Assembly: GCA_026993075.1 (NCBI GenBank)
Contig: JALWUQ010000005.1
Span: 1,022-65,021, forward strand
Length of the DNA stretch: 64,000 bases
Origin: Campylobacteraceae bacterium
GTDB lineage: Bacteria > Campylobacterota > Campylobacteria > Campylobacterales > JALSKU01
Direction: 5' to 3'
Under the pieces are notes generated by a model. That model was not told where the DNA came from. It saw only the letters and a list, made by a program, of their open reading frames with translations, and ran no database searches. The position numbers and the translations under genes were made by a program. Below are positions 37,358-49,414 of this stretch, in pieces; the stretch's first letter is position 1, and each line of letters opens with the position of its first letter.

Positions 37358-38449
37358 ATGTTTACAGATAATGTAGAATTAACACTCAAATCCGGAAAAG
37401 GAGGTGCAGGTGCAGTATCATTCAGAAGAGAGAAATTCGTTATAAAAGGTGGTCCCGATGGCGGCGATGGCGGCGATGGCGGCGATATTTATATAAAAAT
37501 AGACAATAACAGTCATACCCTTTCTCATTTTAGAGGAAAACATATACTAAAAGCCGGAAATGGAAAACAAGGAGATGGAAGAAAAAGATATGGCAGCAAA
37601 GGAGAATCTTTAACAATATCTGTACCTCCTGGAACGCAAATCATAGATGCACAAAGTAACGAAGTGTTGTTTGATATGCTTGAAGAAGGTAAAAAAATTA
37701 AATTTTTAAAAGGTGGTAAAGGGGGGCTTGGTAACTGGCATTTTAGAAGTTCTACAAATCAGCGTCCAACATACGCGCAGCCAGGATTAACGGGTGAAGA
37801 GAAGCATATAAGGCTTGAGCTTAAACTTATAGCCGATGTAGGTTTGGTAGGTTTTCCAAATGTAGGAAAGTCAACACTTATATCAATATTATCCAACGCA
37901 ACACCTGAAATCGCAAATTATGAATTTACTACTTTAACACCAAAATTAGGTGTTGTAAATGTTGATAATTTTCACTCTTTTGTTATAGCGGATATTCCTG
38001 GTATAATAGAAGGTGCAAGTGATGGAAAAGGGCTTGGATTGGGCTTTTTAAAACATATTGAAAGAACAGAGTTTTTACTTTTCATGTTGGATATATCAAA
38101 TTACAGAAAATTAGAAGAACAGTATGAGTTATTGAAAAAAGAATTAGAAAATTTTTCAGACAATCTAACAAATAAAGCTTATGCAGTTGCTTTTACAAAA
38201 GTGGATACAAAGAGTGTTGAAAGTGTAAATGAAAAAATAAATGATTTTTTTAAAAAAATTGATTTACATCCTAGTGAAAAAAATAATTTTGGTTTTGATG
38301 AAAGATATTTATTTTTTAATCAAGACAAATATGAGTTCAATGAAAAAAAACCATTTTTTATCGCACCTCTGTCATCAGTAGCCAATATAAATAAAAAAGC
38401 GATTAAATACGCATTATATGATGGCGTAGGGGTTGTTTTAAAAAAGTAA
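37358..38449 (+). CDS. obg: GTPase Obg/CgtA
   Basis: Obg fold with Gly-rich repeats ([13 protein letters not shown]) and the G domain GFPNVGKST...DIPG. Confidence 0.95.
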   Translation: MFTDNVELTLKSGKGGAGAVSFRREKFVIKGGPDGGDGGDGGDIYIKIDNNSHTLSHFRGKHILKAGNGKQGDGRKRYGSKGESLTISVPPGTQIIDAQSNEVLFDMLEEGKKIKFLKGGKGGLGNWHFRSSTNQRPTYAQPGLTGEEKHIRLELKLIADVGLVGFPNVGKSTLISILSNATPEIANYEFTTLTPKLGVVNVDNFHSFVIADIPGIIEGASDGKGLGLGFLKHIERTEFLLFMLDISNYRKLEEQYELLKKELENFSDNLTNKAYAVAFTKVDTKSVESVNEKINDFFKKIDLHPSEKNNFGFDERYLFFNQDKYEFNEKKPFFIAPLSSVANINKKAIKYALYDGVGVVLKK

Positions 38450-38494
38450 AAAGTTTTTATATGCTGATAAAACTTTTACAAAAGGAGAGTGCAG

Positions 38495-38627
38495 GTGAAG
38501 CACTCATATTTCAAAAACACAAATAACAATAAAAATCATGAGAGTTTCTCTTGCTAGAGGCAAAGTTTTAGTGAGAGGAATTTTTACTGAAGCTTGCTTT
38601 AGTGAAAAGGAGATTATTAGGTGAAAA
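38495..38627 (+). repeat. Gene-start cassette copy 2 (paralogue of 32913-33050)
   Basis: See copy 1. Bracketed by AGGTGAA at 38493-38499 and 38619-38625. It supplies aaggag plus the GTG start of proB. Confidence 0.85.
38538..38624 (+). CDS. Candidate 28-aa mini-ORF (paralogue of the copy-1 core), stop overlapping the proB GTG
   Basis: MRVSLARGKVLVRGIFTEACFSEKEIIR compares with MNVSLAHWGKAMLKRNFAEACFSKKEIIR in copy 1. No SD precedes its ATG. A separate 20-codon ORF (38495-38557, VKHSYFKNTNNNKNHESFSC) starts at the SD-preceded GTG. Confidence 0.3.
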   Translation: MRVSLARGKVLVRGIFTEACFSEKEIIR

Positions 38628-39391
38628 GAGTTGTTGTAAAAGTCGGCAGTCATGTTTTAAGTGAACAAAATAGAATCGAAAAGACAAGAATGATGAATTT
38701 AGTTGAATTTGTATCTTTGCTGCATGATCGTTACGAAGTTATACTTGTAAGCTCAGGTGCGGTAGCAGCCGGGTATTCAAAGCTGAAACTTGATAAAAAT
38801 TTCATTTCAAACAGACAGGCGATAGCTTCAGTAGGTCAACCTTATTTGATGCGGGAATATCAGAAAAAATTTGAAAAATTTGAAAAACTTACAGCCCAGT
38901 TTCTTTTAACTGCTAGTGATCTTGATTCAAGAAAGAGAACAAAATTTGCTAAAAATGCCATAGAAGTTTGTTTAAAAAATAAAGTTATACCTATCATCAA
39001 TGAAAATGATACAACAGCAACGGATGAATTGGTTTTTGGAGATAATGACCAACTTTCAGCTCATGTTGCATATTACTTTAATGCTGATATACTTGTGATA
39101 TTGTCTGATATAGACGGATATTATGATAAAGATCCAAGAAAAAACAGTGAAGCAAAAATAAAAAAAATAGTCCATCAAATAAGTGAGGATGAATCCAAAA
39201 TCCCAAATGAACCGACTGATTTCTTTGCAACAGGAGGCATAGCTACAAAGCTTAAATCTGCAGATTTTCTTTTAAAAAGAGGCAAATCCATGTTTATGTG
39301 TGATGGTTTTAACTTAAATGATGCAAAAAGTTTTTTGCTGAATGAAGAACACCAGGGGGGAACACTGTTTTGTCCAAAGATGGTAGATTAA
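38621..39391 (+). CDS. proB: Glutamate 5-kinase
   Basis: MKRVVVKVGSHVL..., VSSGAVAAG, INENDTTATDEL, GDNDQLSA. Short form lacking PUA. Confidence 0.92.
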   Translation: MKRVVVKVGSHVLSEQNRIEKTRMMNLVEFVSLLHDRYEVILVSSGAVAAGYSKLKLDKNFISNRQAIASVGQPYLMREYQKKFEKFEKLTAQFLLTASDLDSRKRTKFAKNAIEVCLKNKVIPIINENDTTATDELVFGDNDQLSAHVAYYFNADILVILSDIDGYYDKDPRKNSEAKIKKIVHQISEDESKIPNEPTDFFATGGIATKLKSADFLLKRGKSMFMCDGFNLNDAKSFLLNEEHQGGTLFCPKMVD

Positions 39392-40302
39392 AAATAATTT
39401 TTATGGGTACTCCTGATTATGCGGGAGTTATACTTGAAAAACTTTTAGATAGTAGCTTTGTAGATGTTGTGGGAGTTTTTACTCAACCAGACAAGCCTGT
39501 TGGGAGAAAACAGATAGTCACACCTCCTTTTGTCAAGAAAATATTATTACAAAAATACTCAAATATCAAGATATACCAGCCAAATGATTTAAAATCTTTG
39601 AAGATTGAGCAGATTATAAAAAAATTGGCAGCAGATTATATTGTGGTTGCGGCATATGGACAAATTTTACCTAAAAATATACTAGATTTAATCCCTTGTA
39701 TAAATTTACATGCTTCCTTGCTGCCATTATACAGAGGTGCTAGTCCGATACAATCTTCCATATTAAATCATGATAATTACAGTGGCGTAACAGCTATGCT
39801 AATGGATGAAAAGCTTGATACAGGTGATATGATAGGGTTCGAATATATAAAAATAGATAAAAATATGATGGTTGATGAATTATTTGTGAGATTGTCCAAC
39901 TGTGCTGCGACTTTATGCATAAAGGTATTAGAGCAATATAAAACTTTAAAACCAATAAGTCAGTTTAATGTGCTTAGCTCATATTCAAAAAAGATAAAAA
40001 AAGAAGACGGATTGGTTGATTTAGATGATGCTGATTTAATCTATTCAAGATTTAGAGCTTATCATCCATGGCCTGGTATTTATCTTTCAAATCAGTTAAA
40101 ATTAAAAAAAATTAAAATTTCAAATTTAAAAAGCAGTGGGAAAAAGGGAGAAATTATATCTGTTGAAAATGATTTTATTACAATTTCTTGTGATAAAGGA
40201 GCTATCAATGTGTATAGGATTCAGCCAGATTCCAAAAAAGAGATGCCGGCAAAATCATATATACTTGGAAAAAGGTTAAAAGTTGGAGATTGCATACTAT
40301 AA
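39370..40302 (+). CDS. fmt: Methionyl-tRNA formyltransferase
   Basis: IIFMGTPDYA and HASLLPLYRGASPIQ. The TTG start at 39370 overlaps the proB end, so the start is uncertain (the alternative ATG at 39403 would remove conserved residues). Confidence 0.88.
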   Translation: MSKDGRLKIIFMGTPDYAGVILEKLLDSSFVDVVGVFTQPDKPVGRKQIVTPPFVKKILLQKYSNIKIYQPNDLKSLKIEQIIKKLAADYIVVAAYGQILPKNILDLIPCINLHASLLPLYRGASPIQSSILNHDNYSGVTAMLMDEKLDTGDMIGFEYIKIDKNMMVDELFVRLSNCAATLCIKVLEQYKTLKPISQFNVLSSYSKKIKKEDGLVDLDDADLIYSRFRAYHPWPGIYLSNQLKLKKIKISNLKSSGKKGEIISVENDFITISCDKGAINVYRIQPDSKKEMPAKSYILGKRLKVGDCIL

Positions 40303-40918
40303 AAGTATTGATTCTACACATCAGTTGCTTATAAGTGAAATTAAAAAAGGTTTAACAAGTAGATCCAAATGTATAGTTGCAGATATGCAAACTAATGGTA
40401 TAGGAAGCAGAGGAAATAGTTGGATTGGACAATATGGCAATCTGTTTATGTCAATATGTGTAGAATTGAAACAATTACCAAATGATTTGCCTTTGCAGTC
40501 AAATTCGATCTATTTTGCATCCCTTTTTAAAGACATTTTATCAGAAGAAGGCTCTAAAACATGGGTAAAGTGGCCAAATGACTTTTATGTAGAAGATAAA
40601 AAAATAGGCGGAATTATTACAACTAAAATATCTACCTTTATAGTTTGCTCTATCGGCTTGAATATCAAGCAGTCACCGGAAAATTTTGGTATTCTTGATG
40701 TGATTGTATGTAAAGAAGAGATAATTAATAAATTTATAAAAAAAATTAAAAAGTTTATTTCATGGAAGAAAGTTTTTAGCAAATATAAGATAGAATTTCA
40801 AAAGAGTAAAAATTTCAATTTTCATAATCAAGATAAAATAATCTCATTGAAAGATGCGGAGTTGGATTTTGATGGTTCCTTGATAATCAATAACAAAAAG
40901 GTGTATAGTTTAAGATGA
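40283..40918 (+). CDS. birA: Biotin--[acetyl-CoA-carboxylase] ligase (class I, no HTH)
   Basis: 211 aa with the QTNGIGSRGNSW biotin-binding loop and KWPNDFYVEDKKIGGI. TTG start overlapping the fmt end. Confidence 0.85.
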   Translation: MEIAYYKSIDSTHQLLISEIKKGLTSRSKCIVADMQTNGIGSRGNSWIGQYGNLFMSICVELKQLPNDLPLQSNSIYFASLFKDILSEEGSKTWVKWPNDFYVEDKKIGGIITTKISTFIVCSIGLNIKQSPENFGILDVIVCKEEIINKFIKKIKKFISWKKVFSKYKIEFQKSKNFNFHNQDKIISLKDAELDFDGSLIINNKKVYSLR

Positions 40919-40937
40919 AATATTTAAAAAGACTGAT

Positions 40938-41723
40938 ATGAAAGAAATTATTGCAATTGCTAACCAAAAAGGTGGCGTAGGAAAAACTACTACCGCTATA
41001 AATTTAGCAGCATCATTGGCTGTTGCAGAAAAAAAAGTTTTATTGATTGATGCTGATCCTCAATCAAATGCAACAACTGGTTTAGGATTTCATAGGAATG
41101 ATTATGAATTTAATATTTATCATGTATTAATCGGTAGTAAGAAATTATCCCAGATAATTCTAAAGACTTCTATTCCTACTCTTCATTTGGCACCATCAAA
41201 TATCGGTCTTGTGGGTATAGAAAAAGAATTTTATGATGAAGATACCAATGGTAGAGAATTAGTTCTTAAGGATAAAATTGCTGAAGTTAAGAATTCTTAT
41301 GATTATATAATTATAGATTCTCCACCTGCTCTTGGAAGTATCACAATAAATGCATTAAGTGCAGCAAATTCAGTAATAATACCAATACAGTGTGAATTTT
41401 TTGCACTTGAGGGTTTGGCTCAACTCTTAAACACTATAAAGCTTATCAAAAAAACCATAAACCCAAAATTGAGAATAAAAGGATTTTTGCCTACAATGTA
41501 CAGTACTCAAAATAATCTATCAAAACAAGTATTTGCTGATCTCAAACAACATTTTAAAAATAAATTATTTTTAGATAAGGAAACATCTTCTTATGTTGTC
41601 GTACCTAGAAATATAAAGCTTGCAGAAAGTCCAAGTTTTGGTAAGCCTATAATACTATATGATATCAAATCAACCGGCTCTTTGGCATATCAAAATCTTG
41701 CTACATCTATTTTGGCTGGATAA
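40938..41723 (+). CDS. parA: Chromosome partitioning ATPase ParA/Soj
   Basis: Deviant Walker A NQKGGVGKTTTAINLA. 261 aa. Confidence 0.93.
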   Translation: MKEIIAIANQKGGVGKTTTAINLAASLAVAEKKVLLIDADPQSNATTGLGFHRNDYEFNIYHVLIGSKKLSQIILKTSIPTLHLAPSNIGLVGIEKEFYDEDTNGRELVLKDKIAEVKNSYDYIIIDSPPALGSITINALSAANSVIIPIQCEFFALEGLAQLLNTIKLIKKTINPKLRIKGFLPTMYSTQNNLSKQVFADLKQHFKNKLFLDKETSSYVVVPRNIKLAESPSFGKPIILYDIKSTGSLAYQNLATSILAG

Positions 41724-41726
41724 GTA

Positions 41727-42587
41727 ATGGCTAAAACTAAAAAAGCGTTAGGTAGGGGAATTGGTGCTATTTTAGAAGATGTGGAAGAGGCATATAGGCA
41801 AGATATACAGAAGAAGGCAAATCTTGTAAGAGAGATTAGTATAGATGAAATAATTCCAAATATCTACCAACCTAGAACTTATTTTAATAAAACAGCATTG
41901 AAAGAACTTGGACAGTCTATAAAAAAACATGGATTGCTGCAACCTGTAATAGTGGTAAAAAAAGATAATGGTTATATGCTTATAGCTGGCGAGAGGAGAC
42001 TGCGAGCCAGTAAAATTGCCGGATTAGATCATATAAAAGCTATCATTGCGGATATTGAATCAGAAAATTTAAGAGAATTGGCTCTTATAGAAAATATACA
42101 AAGAGAAAATTTAAATCCTATAGAACTTGCAAATGCTTATAATGAATTGATAAAACAATATAAGATAACTCATGATGCACTGTCTAATATAATACATAAA
42201 AGTAGAACCCAGATAACAAATACTATGAGGCTTTTGAACCTGACAGACAAAACAAAACAACTTTTATGCGAAAATAAAATTTCCCAAGGCCATGCAAAGA
42301 TTTTGGTTGGTTTAAATAAAAAAGATGAAGAGAGCATTGTAAATAGTATTATCGGGCAAAAACTAAGTGTAAGAGAAACTGAAAATATTGTAAAATTACT
42401 AAAAAATGGTAAGTCTGAACGAAAAGACAAGAATATTACTGCTCAGTTATTAGAAATAGAAAAGATTGTCCAGAAGTTTAAAAAAATTGGCTTTAAATGT
42501 AAACAAAAAAATAATAAAATTTCTATTGAATTTAATAATCAAGATGAAATTTTAAAATTTTTATCTAAAATTAATAATTTAGTTTAG
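41727..42587 (+). CDS. parB: Chromosome partitioning protein ParB/Spo0J
   Basis: GERRLRAS box and LIENIQRENLNPIE. Confidence 0.93.
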   Translation: MAKTKKALGRGIGAILEDVEEAYRQDIQKKANLVREISIDEIIPNIYQPRTYFNKTALKELGQSIKKHGLLQPVIVVKKDNGYMLIAGERRLRASKIAGLDHIKAIIADIESENLRELALIENIQRENLNPIELANAYNELIKQYKITHDALSNIIHKSRTQITNTMRLLNLTDKTKQLLCENKISQGHAKILVGLNKKDEESIVNSIIGQKLSVRETENIVKLLKNGKSERKDKNITAQLLEIEKIVQKFKKIGFKCKQKNNKISIEFNNQDEILKFLSKINNLV

Positions 42588-42616
42588 TTTGTTTAATAAA
42601 AGTTTACAATTAATTT

Positions 42617-42625
42617 TGATACAAT
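42617..42625 (+). promoter_or_regulatory. Possible extended -10 promoter (TGaTACAAT) of the atp operon
   Basis: tgatacaat lies 46 nt upstream of the atpF' ATG. Confidence 0.3.
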
Positions 42626-42670
42626 ACGCTGATTTAAATAAAAAGTAAGGCTAAAATATAAGGAGTTAGA

Positions 42671-43093
42671 ATGTTGGATATAATTCCAGGGCTGATATTG
42701 CTCGTTGCAGTTATATTTATCTTTTTGATTATAGTTCTCAATAAGATACTATATAAACCATTACTCACATTTATGAGTGATAGAGATAAATCAATACAAA
42801 GTGATACCCTGCAAGCAAAAAACAATAGCAGTAATGTCGCTCAACTAAATGAAGAAGCATTGAAAATAATTCATGATGCAAAAACACAAGCTTCAAATAT
42901 AAGAGAAAGTGCTGTGCAAGAAGCTAAAACAAAAGTTGCAAAAGAAATTGAGAGTAAAAAAATGACTATGGAAAAAAAGTATGATTTGTTTATCGGTAAA
43001 TTAGAAAATGAAAAGCATGATTTAAAAGTAAAACTTTCAGAAAGTTTACCACTATTCCAAAAAGCTTTAAAAACTAAACTTAATCAGATATAA
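42671..43093 (+). CDS. atpF': F0F1 ATP synthase subunit b'
   Basis: 140 aa with a single N-terminal TM and a long charged helix. It is the first of two b-type subunits, as in Campylobacterota. Confidence 0.8.
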   Translation: MLDIIPGLILLVAVIFIFLIIVLNKILYKPLLTFMSDRDKSIQSDTLQAKNNSSNVAQLNEEALKIIHDAKTQASNIRESAVQEAKTKVAKEIESKKMTMEKKYDLFIGKLENEKHDLKVKLSESLPLFQKALKTKLNQI

Positions 43094-43103
43094 GGAGTAT
43101 ATT

Positions 43104-43604
43104 TTGTTGATTAAAATATTGATATTATTATTACCAGCTTTTTTATTTGCCGGTGAAGGACATACTGATATAATACCACGTACCATAAATTTCTTAATTT
43201 TTGCTGCTATTTTGTATAGATTTATTGCTGAGCCTATAAAGAGTTTTTTAAAAGATAGAAGTAACGGTATATTAAACCTCCTCAAATCAATTCAAGAAAA
43301 AGTTGATGAATCAAAAAAAATAAAACAAGATGCACTGTCTAATCTCGAAGCTTCAAAAGTTTTAGCTCAAAATATTATAGAGGATGCTAAAAAAGAGGCT
43401 GAATTATTAGTTTTAAGAATTCAGGAAGATTTTGAAAACGAATTGAAGATAATGCAAAAATATTATGAGGATAAACAAGATATTGAAAGACGAAAAATGG
43501 TTAAAATGGTTATCGCAGAAACAATAGATTCCTTGTTGGGTGAAGAATTAGAAAGCTTCAACAATAAAGAATTGATAAATATCGTTATTAAAAAGGTAGC
43601 ATAA
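43104..43604 (+). CDS. atpF: F0F1 ATP synthase subunit b
   Basis: 166 aa with b-subunit architecture. TTG start after aaggag. Confidence 0.8.
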   Translation: MLIKILILLLPAFLFAGEGHTDIIPRTINFLIFAAILYRFIAEPIKSFLKDRSNGILNLLKSIQEKVDESKKIKQDALSNLEASKVLAQNIIEDAKKEAELLVLRIQEDFENELKIMQKYYEDKQDIERRKMVKMVIAETIDSLLGEELESFNNKELINIVIKKVA

Positions 43605-44134
43605 TGGTTACTGTAATTGCTAAAAAATATGTTAGAGCATTGTTGGAAGGAAAAAGTTTAGAAAATGTGGAAGGATATTATAAGGATTTACATATTTTAA
43701 ATGATGTATATAATTTAGATAAAATGAAAAATATTATTTTATCTCCAGATATTGCAAAATCGGATAAATTTGATTTTATTATATCACTTTTAGATAATTG
43801 TGATAATCGTATAAGAAATTTTATCAATATTTTAGTACAAAATGACAGAATATATCTTTTACCAGCTATATGTGATGAAATAAGATATCAAATCTCAGTA
43901 AGAAAAAATGAATTTATTGGAAATATTATCACCAAAGAGGCAATAGATATCAATAGTAAACGCAATATTGAAGAAAAAATAAGTAAAAAATTTAATTCAT
44001 CAATAAGTTTAAATAATATTGTTTCCAACTATCCCGGTATAAAAATTGAAATAGAAGATTTAGGTGTTGAAATAAGTTTTTCGATTAACAGACTTAAAGC
44101 TCAAATGGCTGAGCATATATTAAAAGCAATATAA
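43604..44134 (+). CDS. atpH: F0F1 ATP synthase subunit delta
   Basis: 176 aa in the OSCP/delta position between atpF and atp[11 protein letters not shown]-terminus. Confidence 0.8.
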   Translation: MVTVIAKKYVRALLEGKSLENVEGYYKDLHILNDVYNLDKMKNIILSPDIAKSDKFDFIISLLDNCDNRIRNFINILVQNDRIYLLPAICDEIRYQISVRKNEFIGNIITKEAIDINSKRNIEEKISKKFNSSISLNNIVSNYPGIKIEIEDLGVEISFSINRLKAQMAEHILKAI

Positions 44135-44156
44135 AAATACAATAAGGAGTGCTCAA

Positions 44157-45674
44157 GTGAGTTCAAAGATTAAAGCTGATGAAATAAGCTCGATTATAAA
44201 AGACAGAATTGATAATTATGAGTTGAGTGTAGATATTGAGGAGACTGGTAAAGTTATCTCTATCGCTGATGGTATTGCCCAAGTTTATGGACTTAAGAAT
44301 GTAATGGCGGGTGAAATTGTAGAGTTTGAAAATGGTGAGAAGGGTATCGCATTAAATCTTGAAGAATCAAGTGTCGGTGTAGTTGTACTTGGAAAAGGTA
44401 ATGATATAAGTGAGGGATTTTCTGTAAAGAGAGATGGAAAACTTTTAAAAGTTCCAGTCGGTGATGCAGTTATTGGAAGAGTTGTAAATCCTCTTGGTGA
44501 GCCAATAGATTCCAAAGGTCAAATAGAAACAGATGAGTTTAGATTTGTGGAAGAAAAAGCTCCCGGGATTATGGCAAGAAAATCAGTCCATGAGCCATTG
44601 CAGACAGGTATTAAAGCTATAGATGCCTTGGTTCCCATAGGAAGAGGACAAAGAGAGCTTATTATTGGAGACAGGCAAACAGGAAAGACTACTGTTGCTA
44701 TTGATACTATCATAAATCAAAAAGGACAGGATGTAGTTTGTATTTATGTAGCAATCGGACAAAAGCAATCAACTGTTGCCCAAGTTGTTAAAAAACTTGA
44801 AGAATATGGAGCGATGCAATATACTATTGTAGTAAATGCCGGAGCCAGTGATTCAGCAGCCTTGCAATATTTAGCACCATATTCAGGTGTTACTATGGGC
44901 GAGTATTTTAGAGATAATTCAAAACATGCATTAATAATTTATGATGATTTAAGTAAACATGCTGTTGCTTATAGAGAAATGTCATTGATATTAAGAAGAC
45001 CTCCTGGTCGTGAAGCATATCCTGGTGATGTTTTTTATCTTCATAGCAGACTTTTGGAAAGAGCAGCAAAGCTTAGTGATGATTTAGGTGCCGGAAGCTT
45101 GACGGCATTACCAATAATAGAAACTCAAGCAGGCGATGTATCTGCTTATATACCTACAAATGTTATTTCTATTACCGATGGTCAGATATTTTTAGAAACA
45201 GATTTGTTTAATTCTGGTATCAGACCTGCTATAAATGTTGGACTTTCTGTATCAAGAGTTGGTGGTGCTGCACAGATAAAAGCTATAAAACAAGTTGCAG
45301 GAACGCTTAGGCTTGACTTGGCACAATACAGAGAATTGCAGGCATTTGCACAATTTGCGAGTGATTTGGATGAGTCAAGCAGAAATCAGTTAGAAAGAGG
45401 GGAAAGAATGGTCGAAGTGCTAAAACAGCCTCCATATTCACCTCTGCCTGTTGACAAGCAAGTTGTAATAATTTATGCCGGTGCCAATGGTTTTCTTGAT
45501 GATATAAGTGCTGAGCTTGTAACAAAATTTGAATCAGAATTAATTCCTTTTATAGAGTCAAAATATCCAGACCTTTTTGATGATATTAAAACAAAACAAA
45601 AAATTGATGATGAGATTAAAGTCAAGTTGAATAAAATATTAGATGAGTTCAAAAATACCTTTGAAGTTAAATAG
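44157..45674 (+). CDS. atpA: F0F1 ATP synthase subunit alpha
   Basis: GDRQTGKT Walker A. 505 aa. Confidence 0.97.
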   Translation: MSSKIKADEISSIIKDRIDNYELSVDIEETGKVISIADGIAQVYGLKNVMAGEIVEFENGEKGIALNLEESSVGVVVLGKGNDISEGFSVKRDGKLLKVPVGDAVIGRVVNPLGEPIDSKGQIETDEFRFVEEKAPGIMARKSVHEPLQTGIKAIDALVPIGRGQRELIIGDRQTGKTTVAIDTIINQKGQDVVCIYVAIGQKQSTVAQVVKKLEEYGAMQYTIVVNAGASDSAALQYLAPYSGVTMGEYFRDNSKHALIIYDDLSKHAVAYREMSLILRRPPGREAYPGDVFYLHSRLLERAAKLSDDLGAGSLTALPIIETQAGDVSAYIPTNVISITDGQIFLETDLFNSGIRPAINVGLSVSRVGGAAQIKAIKQVAGTLRLDLAQYRELQAFAQFASDLDESSRNQLERGERMVEVLKQPPYSPLPVDKQVVIIYAGANGFLDDISAELVTKFESELIPFIESKYPDLFDDIKTKQKIDDEIKVKLNKILDEFKNTFEVK

Positions 45675-45682
45675 GATAAAAA

Positions 45683-46567
45683 ATGGCAAATCTAAAAGAT
45701 ATTAAAAGGAAGATTGGTAGTGTTAAAAATACCCAAAAAACTACTAGGGCTATGAAACTTGTCTCAACTGCAAAATTGATGAAAGCGAAATTGGCAGCTG
45801 AGCGCTCAAGGGAATACGCTATTAAAATAAATGATGTTTTGTCTGAAATATCTTATAAAATCAATAAATATAGAGTAGGTGGTATCAAGAGTAGATTTTT
45901 TGATATAAATGATAATCCTAAAATTGTAGATATAATTTTTATTACTGCTGATAAAGGTTTGTGTGGAGGATTTAATATTCAAACTATTAAAGCGGTAAAT
46001 AAGCTTTTAGACAAATATGAGAGTAAAAAAACAAAAATTAGGCTTAGAGCAATTGGTAAAAAAGGAATTGCATACTATAATTTCAAGAGTATTAAGATGT
46101 ATGATACAAAAGTAGGTATTAGTTCAGCTCCAACTTACGATAAAGCTTCTGAGATTATAAATGAGACTATAAATGATTTTCTGGATAAAAAAACTGATAA
46201 AGTTATACTTATTCACAATGGATATAAAAATATGATCTCTCAAGAATTAAAAGTTCTTGATCTTGTGCCAATAAAATCTTTTGATGAGCCAAGTTCCGTC
46301 TCAACATCAATGATTGAAGTTGAACCAGAAGATAATACAAAATTATTAGATGAATTAGCAAAAAAGTATTTTGAATACAATATGTACTATTCACTTATAG
46401 ATTCGTTAGCAGCAGAACATAGTGCAAGAATGCAAGCTATGGATAGCGCAACAAATAATGCAAGTGAGAGAGTTCAAGAGTTGACCCTTGAGTATAATAA
46501 AGCAAGACAAGGTTCAATTACAACTGAATTAATTGAGATTATAAGTGGCGTAGAGGCACAAAAATGA
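45683..46567 (+). CDS. atpG: F0F1 ATP synthase subunit gamma
   Basis: [28 protein letters not shown]-terminus and [12 protein letters not shown]-terminus. Confidence 0.95.
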   Translation: MANLKDIKRKIGSVKNTQKTTRAMKLVSTAKLMKAKLAAERSREYAIKINDVLSEISYKINKYRVGGIKSRFFDINDNPKIVDIIFITADKGLCGGFNIQTIKAVNKLLDKYESKKTKIRLRAIGKKGIAYYNFKSIKMYDTKVGISSAPTYDKASEIINETINDFLDKKTDKVILIHNGYKNMISQELKVLDLVPIKSFDEPSSVSTSMIEVEPEDNTKLLDELAKKYFEYNMYYSLIDSLAAEHSARMQAMDSATNNASERVQELTLEYNKARQGSITTELIEIISGVEAQK

Positions 46568-46595
46568 TTGCAATAAGTAATAAGGAGATAAATAA

Positions 46596-47996
<1,401 letters not shown>

Positions 47997-48033
47997 GGAT
48001 TTTTCCTGACTGTTTAATTATAAGGACACATAG

Positions 48034-48426
48034 ATGCAAACAATTAAACTTGAGATAGTTAGTCCAGAAGGTCCCATATTTAAAGGTGAAGTATCAAGCA
48101 TCACGCTACCTGGAAGTGAAGGTGAATTTGGTGTACTGCCAGGTCATGCTTCGCTTTTGACATTGCTAAAAGCCGGTGTTATAGATATAGAAAAAAGTGA
48201 TAGCAAACATGAGATTGTTGCTATAAATTGGGGCTATGCTGAAGTTGATGAAACAAAGGTAACCATACTTGCCGATGGTGCTGTATATGTTGGAGGCGAT
48301 AGTAGTGCTGAGATTGAAAAATCAATACAAAATGCAAAAGAATTACTTCAAAGCATCAGTAGTGATTCAGTTGCGATAGCAAGTGTTGTCTCAAAAGTCG
48401 AAAATGTTGCAAAAAGTAGATATTAA
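48034..48426 (+). CDS. atpC: F0F1 ATP synthase subunit epsilon
   Basis: 130 aa with LEIVSPEG...GEFGVLPGHA. Confidence 0.92.
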   Translation: MQTIKLEIVSPEGPIFKGEVSSITLPGSEGEFGVLPGHASLLTLLKAGVIDIEKSDSKHEIVAINWGYAEVDETKVTILADGAVYVGGDSSAEIEKSIQNAKELLQSISSDSVAIASVVSKVENVAKSRY

Positions 48427-48429
48427 CTT

Positions 48430-49023
48430 ATGACTGCAGCTGATCTTTTTTTAAATTATTTATCAAGAAGTAGCATGATTACCATCGCGGTCTTGCTTTG
48501 GTTGTCCTTATACTTTTTGATTACTTTTTGGGTTGTTATATACAGATATCTTTACCTAAATTCGCTGATAAGAAAAGAGGAGTCTTCTCTTGAGGCAATA
48601 CTTATGGGAACCAATACAGTAAGAGCTGATTCAATACTTAGAAAATGTACAAACCAGTATAATGACTCAATGGCGATATTTGATGTTTGTACAAATGTTG
48701 CTGAGAAAAATGCAACTACATATCTCTCAACACTGTCAGTGATATCTTCTACATCACCTTTTATCGGACTTTTTGGTACTGTTGTAGGTATTCTTGAAAC
48801 ATTTTCAAAACTCAGTGGAGCTACCAGTGCATCTTTAAATATAATTGCACCTGCAATCAGTGAAGCATTAGTAGCAACTGCCGGAGGAATTTTGGTTGCC
48901 ATTCCAGCTTATAGCGGATATATATTTTTAAAGAGAAAAGCTTATGATTATCTAAGTGTTGTTGATAGAGAAAAAACTTTACTTTTGAGTATAAATTTGC
49001 AAAGTAAAAACAAAGAAGCATGA
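48430..49023 (+). CDS. tolQ: TolQ/ExbB-family proton channel protein
   Basis: MotA/TolQ/ExbB C-terminal motif (GLFGTVVGILETF...ISEALVATAGGILVAIPA). Confidence 0.85.
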   Translation: MTAADLFLNYLSRSSMITIAVLLWLSLYFLITFWVVIYRYLYLNSLIRKEESSLEAILMGTNTVRADSILRKCTNQYNDSMAIFDVCTNVAEKNATTYLSTLSVISSTSPFIGLFGTVVGILETFSKLSGATSASLNIIAPAISEALVATAGGILVAIPAYSGYIFLKRKAYDYLSVVDREKTLLLSINLQSKNKEA

Positions 49024-49412
49024 AGATAGACTGGGATGAGAAACCTGAGTTAAATATAACTCCTTTAGTTGATATAATGCTAGTGTTGCTAGCTATATTA
49101 ATGGTAACTACACCTGCTATAATTTATGAAGAAAATATAAAATTACCTACTGGTACAAAAAAAACATCTTTAAGTAAAATCCCTGATTTGGAAGTAAGAA
49201 TTACAAAGAATAAAAAAGTTTTTGTTGGTAAAAATCAATATCAATATAATGCATTTGCTGATAATTTTATACTTTTTTCAAAATCAATACCAAAAAGTAC
49301 CATTGTTTATATAAGAGCAGACAAGCATTTACAATATGGTAGTATTATGTATATTTTGAAAAGTGTCAAAGAGGCTGGATTTTCGAAAGTATCTCTGATA
49401 ACACAAGGATAA
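49020..49412 (+). CDS. tolR: TolR/ExbD-family protein
   Basis: 130 aa with the LNITPLVDIMLVLLAILM TM segment carrying the conserved Asp. Confidence 0.85.
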   Translation: MKIDWDEKPELNITPLVDIMLVLLAILMVTTPAIIYEENIKLPTGTKKTSLSKIPDLEVRITKNKKVFVGKNQYQYNAFADNFILFSKSIPKSTIVYIRADKHLQYGSIMYILKSVKEAGFSKVSLITQG

Positions 49413-49414
49413 AT

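Noticed and set aside
37457-37486. Tandem 9-nt repeat gatggcggc x3.
   Set aside because: It encodes the GGDGGDGGD glycine-rich segment characteristic of the Obg fold. It is coding and not a regulatory or VNTR element, although slippage there would stay in frame.
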